From positions 1 through 39,395 of the forward strand of contig JBBIGR010000046.1 of NCBI GenBank assembly GCA_037447435.1: a stretch of 39,395 nt of DNA. The letters are read 5' to 3'. Every line of letters starts with the position of its first letter. Position 1 is the stretch's first letter. This DNA is from Fibrobacteria bacterium (GTDB lineage Bacteria > Fibrobacterota > Chitinivibrionia > Chitinivibrionales > FEN-1185). This document shows positions 8,058-16,590 of the stretch, piece after piece. Position numbers and translations under genes: made by a program. The notes under the pieces were generated by a model. That model saw only the letters and a list, made by a program, of their open reading frames with translations. It was not told the origin of the DNA and made no database searches.

Positions 8058-8774
8058 TTACTGCAAATAATCGTTTCTGTTTGCCAGTACCCAGGACTTC
8101 ATTTCCGGGTTTATTCGCCGGAGCATGGAATAAGTCACGCTGAAGCCTTTCAAATGCAAACCGGTAAAATTCATGGGGATCGTATACAAAGGATTGTCCT
8201 GGACATATAGATATCTCAACGATTGCATCCCGCCTATTTCGGACGGCAATTCGTGCAGTTTATTATTGCTTAAATCAAGAACTTCGAGATTATTCCACAC
8301 AAAAACGGCCTGCGGAAGCGAAAACAGCTGATTGCCGCTCAAATTCAGCACCGTCAAGTTTTTCAGGTTACCCATGGTAACCGGAAGTTCGACGATGAAA
8401 TTCCTTTGAACCGTCAGAATCTCGAGGTTTTCCAATTGACCGATTTCATTCGGTAAAGTTGTGAGTTTATTGTCGTCGAGATTCAATTTCCGCAAGTATT
8501 TCAAATTTCCGATTTCCATTGGCAGGTAATACACCGGTTTGGCATTGAAATCGGCCGCATTGGATTTTATTGAAAGATCCAAGCTTACGACTTTTTCCCC
8601 TTCGAATTCGGCGATTTTCCAAACCGTTTCAAGCGGGATACCGACTTTTTCGAGTACTGTTTTAACGGTTTTAAAATCCTGGGAAGAAATAAAGCTTTGC
8701 GAAGCATCCTCGGCAAAAAGCGGGAGTGTAAATCCCAAAACAACCAAAGCCGTTACAATAAGAACCTTTACCAT
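8058..8774 (-). CDS. secreted leucine-rich repeat protein
   Basis: About five 23-residue repeats (L..L.L..N.L..LP.EIG.L). Signal peptide from MVKVLIV; AAGGGG RBS before 8774. Confidence 0.9.
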   Translation of the reverse strand: MVKVLIVTALVVLGFTLPLFAEDASQSFISSQDFKTVKTVLEKVGIPLETVWKIAEFEGEKVVSLDLSIKSNAADFNAKPVYYLPMEIGNLKYLRKLNLDDNKLTTLPNEIGQLENLEILTVQRNFIVELPVTMGNLKNLTVLNLSGNQLFSLPQAVFVWNNLEVLDLSNNKLHELPSEIGGMQSLRYLYVQDNPLYTIPMNFTGLHLKGFSVTYSMLRRINPEMKSWVLANRNDYLQ

Positions 8775-9002
8775 ATTCGCCCCCTTGAAAAACATTTCGG
8801 AAGAATCAAAACCTCAATATGGTCAATTCCAGTAAAACCTTTTCATTATATTAAAGCTCCAACTTTCATGCCAAAACAGATTTGAGAATTGCCGCATTTT
8901 AACCGCTTATTTAACAATGTCAAATGACGGCCATAGCGATTCAATTTGCAAAAATGAGAATTTTTATTATTTTACTAGCCAGTTCAAACAAAGGAGGCTT
9001 TT

Positions 9003-9371
9003 ATGGCTGGTTCGGTTACCGTAACGGTTAAGGGTAGTGTTGATGAAACAACCACAACCCAAACCGGAAGCCTTGCAGGTACCGGGGATTTAAGCATAAA
9101 CATAGATGACATCACCAAAGCGGCTTTATCGGTTGATTATAAGGAACAGGACAAAGTTAAAATCAGCCTTTCTTCATCGGAAAGCATTAAGCTTGATGCC
9201 GATAAATCCCTGACCCTGTCGGGCGGGCTCAACTATGATTTGTTCAACAAATCCATTACGGGCAAGGGCGGCATCGACTTTGTCGTATCCAAGGAAGTCG
9301 CCATGTCGGTCGAGCAATCGTTTAACAAAACTGGAAACACGATATCGGGAAAAATCACCTTTTCGTTTTGA
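9003..9371 (+). CDS. hypothetical beta-strand-rich small protein
   Basis: Strong AAAGGAGG RBS; alternating hydrophobic pattern; ends in ITFSF. Confidence 0.85.
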   Translation: MAGSVTVTVKGSVDETTTTQTGSLAGTGDLSINIDDITKAALSVDYKEQDKVKISLSSSESIKLDADKSLTLSGGLNYDLFNKSITGKGGIDFVVSKEVAMSVEQSFNKTGNTISGKITFSF

Positions 9372-9392
9372 AATTCAGATTGCGACAGGTCT

Positions 9393-11786
9393 TTATTTAC
9401 ACTTTATGACATACACGCCGTTTGGAATTTTTGCGGCGTCTGTAATAAAACCGTTGGCAACGGCGGATTGCCATTTTTTTTCCCCGGAAAGCGAGAACAG
9501 CACGACATCGCGGGTGTTTTTGTCAAGATGTTGCAATGATAATTTTCCATTGGCCACGATTGCGGTTTTAGCGGGCACGCGATGTTGCATCGTGTGCGAG
9601 AGAGGGCTATTTATTGACACGGGTAACACGGGGCCGGTCTTGTGAATTTGTTTCCGCGGCGGCACAACCATGCTGAATCCGTCGTTGAAAGTCACGGTTT
9701 TTGCCGTCGCGTCGGGATTGTATGCATTATACGTGCGGACCGAGGGCTTGTCGAACACCGCAAAGGTCGGAATATCGGCAGTGACTTCGGTATCGAGTTT
9801 TCCTACCGCGTTAAGCGACGAAATGACATGATAGCACAATGCCTGTGAATTTCCCGGTTCTATGCCCGTTCCCGCATTATACTTTTGCAATGCAGTTGCC
9901 GCATCGGAAAATGCCAGATACTCGTAAAACAAGTCGGACCATCCGCCCGTATTGCCTTCGTTGTAATTTTTTGGAATGTAATCGGGCCTGCGGCCGATAT
10001 ACATATGCCCCGGGGTAATAGGCAAAATATTAATGCCGTGAATCGCGCTGGGATCGCCCGAAAACCAGGTTCCGTATTGACCGCCGTCGCTCCACACCTG
10101 GCCGACGGCATTATGCGCAAACGTCGTCGGGAATACCACATTGTCGACATCCCACCAATACTGTTCTATGGCCCGCGCACCGGTTTCGTATAAAAAGATA
10201 CCGAGATCGCGCATGGCCTTGTTTCCCGTGTTCACCCCCCACATGATGAGGCCTGCGGTAAAATTCATCGCTTCGGAAGACGACTCTTCGTTATTGCCGT
10301 TAGAAAATCCGAGTCCGTCGGCCCAGCCGTGCCCTTCGTACGGGTCGAAGTAAGAGAATCTGCCGAACAGGGAATCGTTGTCGTCGCCGGTGCAGACGTT
10401 TCGCGCCAGTAAATTTACCATGGCGCCCCAATTCTCCTGTTTCGCCCACACCGTGTCGACTTGCGCAATCGCCGCCGCGGCCTGCATGAAATAGCCGTAA
10501 TGAAAATGATGGTCCGCAAAGCGACTGTCGGACCCGAATGACGCCGGATACCCGATGAGCTGGTTCCACGGTTTATGATAATAAAATTGCTGGCTGCCGC
10601 CGGCCGTAAACCAGCCTTCGAGCGAGCTTTTAAGCCCGCCGATCAGTTCGTCGCGCTTGGATGTATTATTTGTCAGGTTTGCCATTTGCGCGCCTGCGGC
10701 AACCCTGCCCAAGGATTTTCCACCGTTATATGTGTCCCCCCCGCCGCAACTACCGCTTATTTGGTTCAGCAGGCCAGAAAGCGTCGACGCAGTATACCCG
10801 GTATCGGGATATGCCGGTAAAATGCCGTTGAATTTCATACTTGTCGTAAACGATTGACCGGCCACGACTTTCATTTCCCCGCGGGCGCTTGCATACGTAA
10901 ACGGCGCAAACGGGGCATACGTATTGAGCCATTGATGGCGGAACAAGGCATATATGGTACCGGTTTCGGCGCCTTCCTTGATATCCGGCACGATCCGAAA
11001 CGTCGCGTTGATCACACCGTTCTTTTCATCGTACGCAATGTCGACCCTGGTGTCTTTTGCAAAGCTGTACGCGTATTGCTTGAAAAACGCGAGCGTTGCA
11101 GCAGCGGCATCGGGCAACAGCGCGACGGACAGATAGTCTTTTCCGTTAAGCGTCGAGGTCAGCGTTGAGGTTCCGGTCCACGACGAACCGGTCGGTGCGA
11201 AAATGCCGAAGTTTTTTCCATCCACGGTTATGCCCAGCACATTGCCCTGATTCGCCCATATCGTTGGCGCGGCGTTACAGGCAATTGCCGCCGCTCCGCC
11301 GGTCATTTTGCAATAGACAAAAGGTAAACCCTGGGCCATGGTCGCTTCCATGGCCATTGCGCCGCTGGTGAACCGGGCGGTGACTGAAAAATGCCCGTAT
11401 CGGGCGACCCGGACGGCATCTGCGTTCATACCCGGCATGCCGATGGTAATGCTTTTCACATGCTTTGATGAAAAATTTCCAGCCCCGCCTGTTGCAGCGC
11501 CCGGATATCCCATTTCCAGACCGACCGCGCTTGCCTGATACGAAACCGGATGCGCGAACAGGTTTTGCGAATACTGCGTGGTGATAAGGGTAACCCACCA
11601 TTTATTCGAAATGGATTTTTGAGAAAAGTCGGGCGTGACATAGGGATTAAAGTTGGGTAAGCCCGATCCGCCGGTTGTCGCATAACTTCCTTTTCCCATT
11701 TGCACGGTTTGCGCTTGTAATCGCATAAAAAGACCGATAATGCCTACTACCATAAAAAATCCGAGAATGATTTTATTCTTCATCAT
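9393..11786 (-). CDS. glycoside hydrolase family 81 endo-beta-1,3-glucanase, secreted, with short T9SS-like tail
   Basis: DHHFHYGY, FD.Y.GH.WA.G, N.ESSSE and HGINILP GH81 motifs; signal peptide; tail LFSLSGEK...NGVYVIK. Confidence 0.9.
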   Translation of the reverse strand: MMKNKIILGFFMVVGIIGLFMRLQAQTVQMGKGSYATTGGSGLPNFNPYVTPDFSQKSISNKWWVTLITTQYSQNLFAHPVSYQASAVGLEMGYPGAATGGAGNFSSKHVKSITIGMPGMNADAVRVARYGHFSVTARFTSGAMAMEATMAQGLPFVYCKMTGGAAAIACNAAPTIWANQGNVLGITVDGKNFGIFAPTGSSWTGTSTLTSTLNGKDYLSVALLPDAAAATLAFFKQYAYSFAKDTRVDIAYDEKNGVINATFRIVPDIKEGAETGTIYALFRHQWLNTYAPFAPFTYASARGEMKVVAGQSFTTSMKFNGILPAYPDTGYTASTLSGLLNQISGSCGGGDTYNGGKSLGRVAAGAQMANLTNNTSKRDELIGGLKSSLEGWFTAGGSQQFYYHKPWNQLIGYPASFGSDSRFADHHFHYGYFMQAAAAIAQVDTVWAKQENWGAMVNLLARNVCTGDDNDSLFGRFSYFDPYEGHGWADGLGFSNGNNEESSSEAMNFTAGLIMWGVNTGNKAMRDLGIFLYETGARAIEQYWWDVDNVVFPTTFAHNAVGQVWSDGGQYGTWFSGDPSAIHGINILPITPGHMYIGRRPDYIPKNYNEGNTGGWSDLFYEYLAFSDAATALQKYNAGTGIEPGNSQALCYHVISSLNAVGKLDTEVTADIPTFAVFDKPSVRTYNAYNPDATAKTVTFNDGFSMVVPPRKQIHKTGPVLPVSINSPLSHTMQHRVPAKTAIVANGKLSLQHLDKNTRDVVLFSLSGEKKWQSAVANGFITDAAKIPNGVYVIKCK

Positions 11787-12168
11787 ATTTTCCTTTTTAT
11801 ATGGATGGACAGAAACGCACGCCGTTTAACCGATTAACATCCATTTGATTCGAACTCCCACTTTTTTTGAAAAATTCCCGGATTCTCGGGCATTTCCTGC
11901 GTACTTGGACAAAATGATTCCACCCAATACATTTTGTATGCAGTCACTATATAATGTAAGATCTTTTATCGAAACTATGCGGATTTTAAGGTGTGGTTGT
12001 AAATTATCGTATTCCTTTGGGATACATATGGACCGCTAAAAAAAAACACAAAAATGGGCTTTGTCCTCTATGCACTCTTGTTATTGGCCCTAAAGTATAT
12101 TTGTTCGTTATTTTCTTATACCGATTTCACGATTTTTTCCCTTTACTATATCCAGCAGGAACCCTCTT

Positions 12169-15156
12169 ATGCCCGAACGAATTTACGTAGGAACAAAGCC
12201 GAATGTGCGCGATGCGCTCGGTGAAAAAATACGGCAGCGGATCATCAGCGATCTTGGCGTCGGCACCATCAATTCGGTGCGCACGGCAGCTGTTTACATA
12301 TTAAACGCGCAGCTGTTTCCTTCTGACCTTGTTTCACTTGCCGAAGGCCCGTTGTCGGACCCGATTATCCAGGATTATTCCATTAACCGCACCTTCACCG
12401 AAACATTTGACTGGGTCGTCGAGGTCGGATTCAGGCCCGGCGTGACCGATAACGCCGGCCGTACCGCAAAAGAGGCGGTCGTCATCGCGCTCGGCAGGAC
12501 AATGCCCGATTCGTTCTCGGTGCATACGGGAACCCAATATTTCTTTTCGGGAAATATTTCCCAAAAGCAAATCGAACGCATCGGCGACGAAATACTTGCA
12601 AACGCGCTCATACAATCCATAAAAATTTACAATCACGAAGAATGGCTCGCCGTCCACACCAAGGAATTTGGGGCTCCCGTTGTCACGGACACGCATATCG
12701 TGACCCCGTTCGTCGAGGTCGACCTCCATGTCGACGACGCTGCGCTTTTAGCAATCAGCAAGAACGGCATGCTTGCGCTTTCACTCGACGAAATGAAATG
12801 CATCCAGGAATATTTCCTGCGGCAGGACGTTATAGACAAAAGGAAAAGCCTGGGCATTCCCGCGAACATCACCAATGTCGAGCTTGAAATTCTGGCGCAA
12901 ACCTGGAGCGAACATTGCAAGCACAAGATTTTCAACGCCGACATCACGTATACCGAAGAAGGCCGCAGGCCTGTGGAACTGAAAAGCCTTTTCAAAAATT
13001 ACATACAGAAAACAACCCAAATGGTCCGCGACGCCAAGGGCGACAAGGACATTTGTCTGTCGGTGTTCAAGGACAATGCGGGCGTCATAAAATTCAACGA
13101 CAGCTCGGCAATCGTTTTCAAAGTGGAAACGCACAACAGCCCCTCGGCGCTCGACCCGTACGGCGGCGCGCTCACCGGTATCGTGGGCGTCAATCGCGAC
13201 CCGTTCGGCACCGGCATGGGCTGCAGGCTCATCGCAAATACCGACGTGTTCTGCTTCGCTTCGCCGTTTTTTACCGGTCAACTTCCGCCTCGAATTTTAC
13301 ACCCCAAGCGCGTGCTCGAAGGCGTGCGCGAAGGCGTCGAACACGGCGGCAACAAAAGCGGCATACCGACCATCAACGGCACCATTGTTTTCGACGACCG
13401 GTTTCTGGGCAAGCCGCTTGTATATTGCGGAACGCTCGGCCTCATGCCGCTGGAAATCAACGGCCACAAAGGATGGGAAAAGGAAGCGAAAAACAACGAC
13501 CATATCATCATGGTGGGTGGTCGCATCGGTAAAGACGGCATCCACGGCGCCACGTTTTCCTCGGAACCCTTGCATGAAGGCTCGCCCGCGACCGCGGTAC
13601 AGATCGGCGACCCAATCACCCAGAAGCGCATGACCGATTTCCTCCTTCATGCCCGCGATGCCGATTTATACAATGCGATCACCGACAACGGCGCAGGCGG
13701 ACTGTCGTCGTCGATCGGCGAGATGGCGCGAGACACCAACGGCGCAGTTGTCAATTTGGACCGCGCGCCCCTCAAATACCCGGGGCTTGAACCGTGGGAA
13801 ATTTTCGTATCCGAAGCCCAGGAACGCATGACCGTTTCGGTTGCGCCGGAAAAAGTCGACACGTTTTTGGAAACTGCCGCGAAATGGAATGTGGAAGCAA
13901 CGGACCTCGGCGTTTTCACAAATACCGGATTCCTTGACATTAGGTACAACAACGCGACGGTGGCATATTTGTCTATGGACTTTTTGCATGACGGGCTTCC
14001 CGAAATGAAGCTGAAGGCGACCTGGAAGCCGCCGCGACAGGACGTCCGTCCGCACTATGCGGCATCGGACGTAAAAAGCGACCTTCTCAACCTCATGCGG
14101 CGCCTCAATATCTGCAGCAAGGAATATGTCATTCGTCAATATGATCACGAGGTCCAGGCAGGCAGCGTGGTAAAGCCGCTGTGCGGTACGCGAAACGACG
14201 GCCCGTCGGACGCCGCGGTCATGCGGCCCGACCTGAATACCTTCGAAGGAATCGTGGTAAGCAACGGTATCGTGCCGCGTTACAGCGACGTCGACGCGTA
14301 TGCCATGGTGCATTGCTCGGTCGACGAGGCGGTGCGCAACGCGGTTTGCACCGGTGCAGACCCGTCGTTCATGGCGGGGCTTGACAATTTCTGCTGGTGC
14401 GATCCGGTCGCAAGCGATGGCAATCCCGACGGCGAATACAAGCTCGCGCAACTCGTCCGCGCAAACCAGGCATTGCTTGACTTATGCGTTTCGTACGGCA
14501 TACCGCTCATTTCGGGCAAAGACAGCATGAAAAACGACTACAGCATCGGTTCGGTGCGCATTTCGATTCCGCCGACCCTGCTGTTCAGCCTTGTCGCAAA
14601 GATCCCCGACGTCCGCAAGGCGGTCACCATGGACCTTAAGGAAAGCGGCAATGCGCTCTATTTGATCGGGACGACCTATCCCGAACTTGGCGCATCGGAA
14701 TACGCTGCCATGAAGGGCGTGAAGGACATCGAAGTCCCGAAGGTGCATAATCCCAAGGAATCGATGGCATGCTACTCGGCGTTGTTTTCGGCGATCGGCG
14801 AAGGCCTTGTCCGTTCGGCCCATGATTGTTCGGACGGCGGGTTCGCGGTCGCGCTGTGCGAAATGTGCTTTTCGGGCGAACTCGGCGCATCGGTCGATTT
14901 ATCGATCGCGTCGAACAACGGTTGCACCACCGACGTCGAATTGCTTTTTTCGGAATCGACCTCGCGCATTATTGTGGAAGTAAAGGAATCCAATACGGCC
15001 CGCATCGAGGCTTTGTTTGCCGGCTTGCCGATGAAACGGATCGGCACGGTCACCAAGGGCGACATGATGCATATCAAGGGGCACAGACAAATTCCCGTGC
15101 TTTCGGTATCTCGCATCGACGCGAAATCGGCATGGAAAAACGTATTGCAGTTTTAA
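12169..15156 (+). CDS. purL: phosphoribosylformylglycinamidine synthase, synthetase subunit with N-terminal PurS-like extension
   Basis: QTWSEHCKHKIF, KVETHNSPS, DNGAGGLSS, SEAQERM, SGKDSM and HDCSDGG motifs. Confidence 0.97.
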   Translation: MPERIYVGTKPNVRDALGEKIRQRIISDLGVGTINSVRTAAVYILNAQLFPSDLVSLAEGPLSDPIIQDYSINRTFTETFDWVVEVGFRPGVTDNAGRTAKEAVVIALGRTMPDSFSVHTGTQYFFSGNISQKQIERIGDEILANALIQSIKIYNHEEWLAVHTKEFGAPVVTDTHIVTPFVEVDLHVDDAALLAISKNGMLALSLDEMKCIQEYFLRQDVIDKRKSLGIPANITNVELEILAQTWSEHCKHKIFNADITYTEEGRRPVELKSLFKNYIQKTTQMVRDAKGDKDICLSVFKDNAGVIKFNDSSAIVFKVETHNSPSALDPYGGALTGIVGVNRDPFGTGMGCRLIANTDVFCFASPFFTGQLPPRILHPKRVLEGVREGVEHGGNKSGIPTINGTIVFDDRFLGKPLVYCGTLGLMPLEINGHKGWEKEAKNNDHIIMVGGRIGKDGIHGATFSSEPLHEGSPATAVQIGDPITQKRMTDFLLHARDADLYNAITDNGAGGLSSSIGEMARDTNGAVVNLDRAPLKYPGLEPWEIFVSEAQERMTVSVAPEKVDTFLETAAKWNVEATDLGVFTNTGFLDIRYNNATVAYLSMDFLHDGLPEMKLKATWKPPRQDVRPHYAASDVKSDLLNLMRRLNICSKEYVIRQYDHEVQAGSVVKPLCGTRNDGPSDAAVMRPDLNTFEGIVVSNGIVPRYSDVDAYAMVHCSVDEAVRNAVCTGADPSFMAGLDNFCWCDPVASDGNPDGEYKLAQLVRANQALLDLCVSYGIPLISGKDSMKNDYSIGSVRISIPPTLLFSLVAKIPDVRKAVTMDLKESGNALYLIGTTYPELGASEYAAMKGVKDIEVPKVHNPKESMACYSALFSAIGEGLVRSAHDCSDGGFAVALCEMCFSGELGASVDLSIASNNGCTTDVELLFSESTSRIIVEVKESNTARIEALFAGLPMKRIGTVTKGDMMHIKGHRQIPVLSVSRIDAKSAWKNVLQF

Positions 15157-15195
15157 TTCGAACGCGACATTGTATCGTAAAAAGGAATTTTCATA

Positions 15196-16017
15196 ATGGC
15201 TAAGAAAACATCGGCGATAGTTTTAACGGGAAACGGCACTAATTGCGAACGGGAAACCGCACACGCATGCACCATGGTCGGCTTTGACAAGGTCGACATC
15301 GTGACGGTTTGGGAACTTGTCAACGGAGACGTCGAACTGGCGCCCTACGATTTGCTCTGCCTGCCCGGCGGCTTTTTGGACGGCGACGACCTGGGCTCGG
15401 CCAAGGCGCAGGCAAACCGGTTTTTACATACCCTGGTGACAAAAACGAAACAGCCGCTTTTTTCGCAGATCATGACGTTCATCGGAGACGGCAAGCTCAT
15501 ACTCGGCATCTGCAACGGTTTTCAGCTTATGGTGAAACTCGGGCTGCTTCCGGCGCTGGGCAACAGCTTTACGCAGCAGGTGACCTTAACGAACAACGAT
15601 TCGGGCCGCTTTGAAGACCGATGGGTCAATCTCAAGGCCAACAAGGCAAGTCCTTGCGTTTTCACCAAAGACATAGACACCCTGTATCTTCCGGTCCGTC
15701 ACGGCGAGGGAAAATTCGTCACTCGGGACAAAGAAGTTTTGGACCAGCTCAAGGCAAAAAACCAGATCGCGCTCAGTTATATCGACGCCGAAACCCGTAT
15801 GCCGACAATGAAATATCCGGAAAACCCCAACGGGTCCCAATTATCGATCGCCGGCGTTTGCGATCCTACCGGCAGGCTGTTCGGGCTCATGCCGCATCCC
15901 GAGGCGTTTTTGCATAAGACAAACCATCCCCGCTGGACAAGGGAAAATCTCCCCGAAGAAGGCATGGGGCCGAAATTGTTTAAAAACGCTTTGAATTACA
16001 TATCGCAAAACCTGTAA
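15196..16017 (+). CDS. purQ: phosphoribosylformylglycinamidine synthase glutaminase subunit
   Basis: GTNCE.ET, PGGF..GD, GICNGFQ, HGEG, NPNGS and LMPHPE motifs. Confidence 0.97.
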   Translation: MAKKTSAIVLTGNGTNCERETAHACTMVGFDKVDIVTVWELVNGDVELAPYDLLCLPGGFLDGDDLGSAKAQANRFLHTLVTKTKQPLFSQIMTFIGDGKLILGICNGFQLMVKLGLLPALGNSFTQQVTLTNNDSGRFEDRWVNLKANKASPCVFTKDIDTLYLPVRHGEGKFVTRDKEVLDQLKAKNQIALSYIDAETRMPTMKYPENPNGSQLSIAGVCDPTGRLFGLMPHPEAFLHKTNHPRWTRENLPEEGMGPKLFKNALNYISQNL

Positions 16018-16034
16018 CGCGAGGTGCTTGTCGG

Positions 16035-16379
16035 ATGAAAATTGCGAGCTATACCAAGGGCGACCATTTAATCCTGAAAATTCATCCGCACGGCACCGAC
16101 CTTCCCGATCTTTGCGAGCTCGAAAATCTCATCATGACATATTTGGAACAGGGCGCTCGCAACATCGCGGTGAATTTCGCCAACAAATCGTATATTTACA
16201 GCGGTGAATTACGGGTATTGCTCAGTTGCTATAAGCTCATTGTGAAACAGAGCGGCACGCTTTCGGTGCTCGAACCCAACAAAGCGGTATACGAAATGCT
16301 CATTGCGCTCAACATCGACAAACTCATCAAAATTTACACATCCGAAGATTTGCTTCCCGAAAATCCGGCCTCGGCGTAA
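16035..16379 (+). CDS. STAS domain protein (anti-sigma factor antagonist-like)
   Basis: Size and pattern (IAVNF....YIYSG.L.VL...YK......G.L.V...N..V...L....ID..I.IY) match STAS. Confidence 0.8.
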   Translation: MKIASYTKGDHLILKIHPHGTDLPDLCELENLIMTYLEQGARNIAVNFANKSYIYSGELRVLLSCYKLIVKQSGTLSVLEPNKAVYEMLIALNIDKLIKIYTSEDLLPENPASA

Positions 16380-16590
16380 AAAACCAAAAGAACCTTCGCT
16401 CCGCCTCATTAAAAGGTTTTTACTTTCTCCCTTGTTTTTTTACAAGCGCATAAATTGATTTTAAAAATGGGGGTAATTATTTGCTTGATTTTTAACCTTC
16501 CTACGGTATAATTTTTTTGAAGGTTCTGGAAAAGGAAAGCCCTCCCTTTTTGCCATCGATCCGTCGCATACTCACCGGGACGATATTTTT

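Noticed and set aside
8891..8900. GCCGCATTTT shared with 23382-23391 as a regulatory motif
   Set aside because: Only 10 bp in two copies, which is compatible with chance.
11790..12168. Purine or ZTP riboswitch before purL
   Set aside because: No recognisable aptamer consensus or terminator platform.
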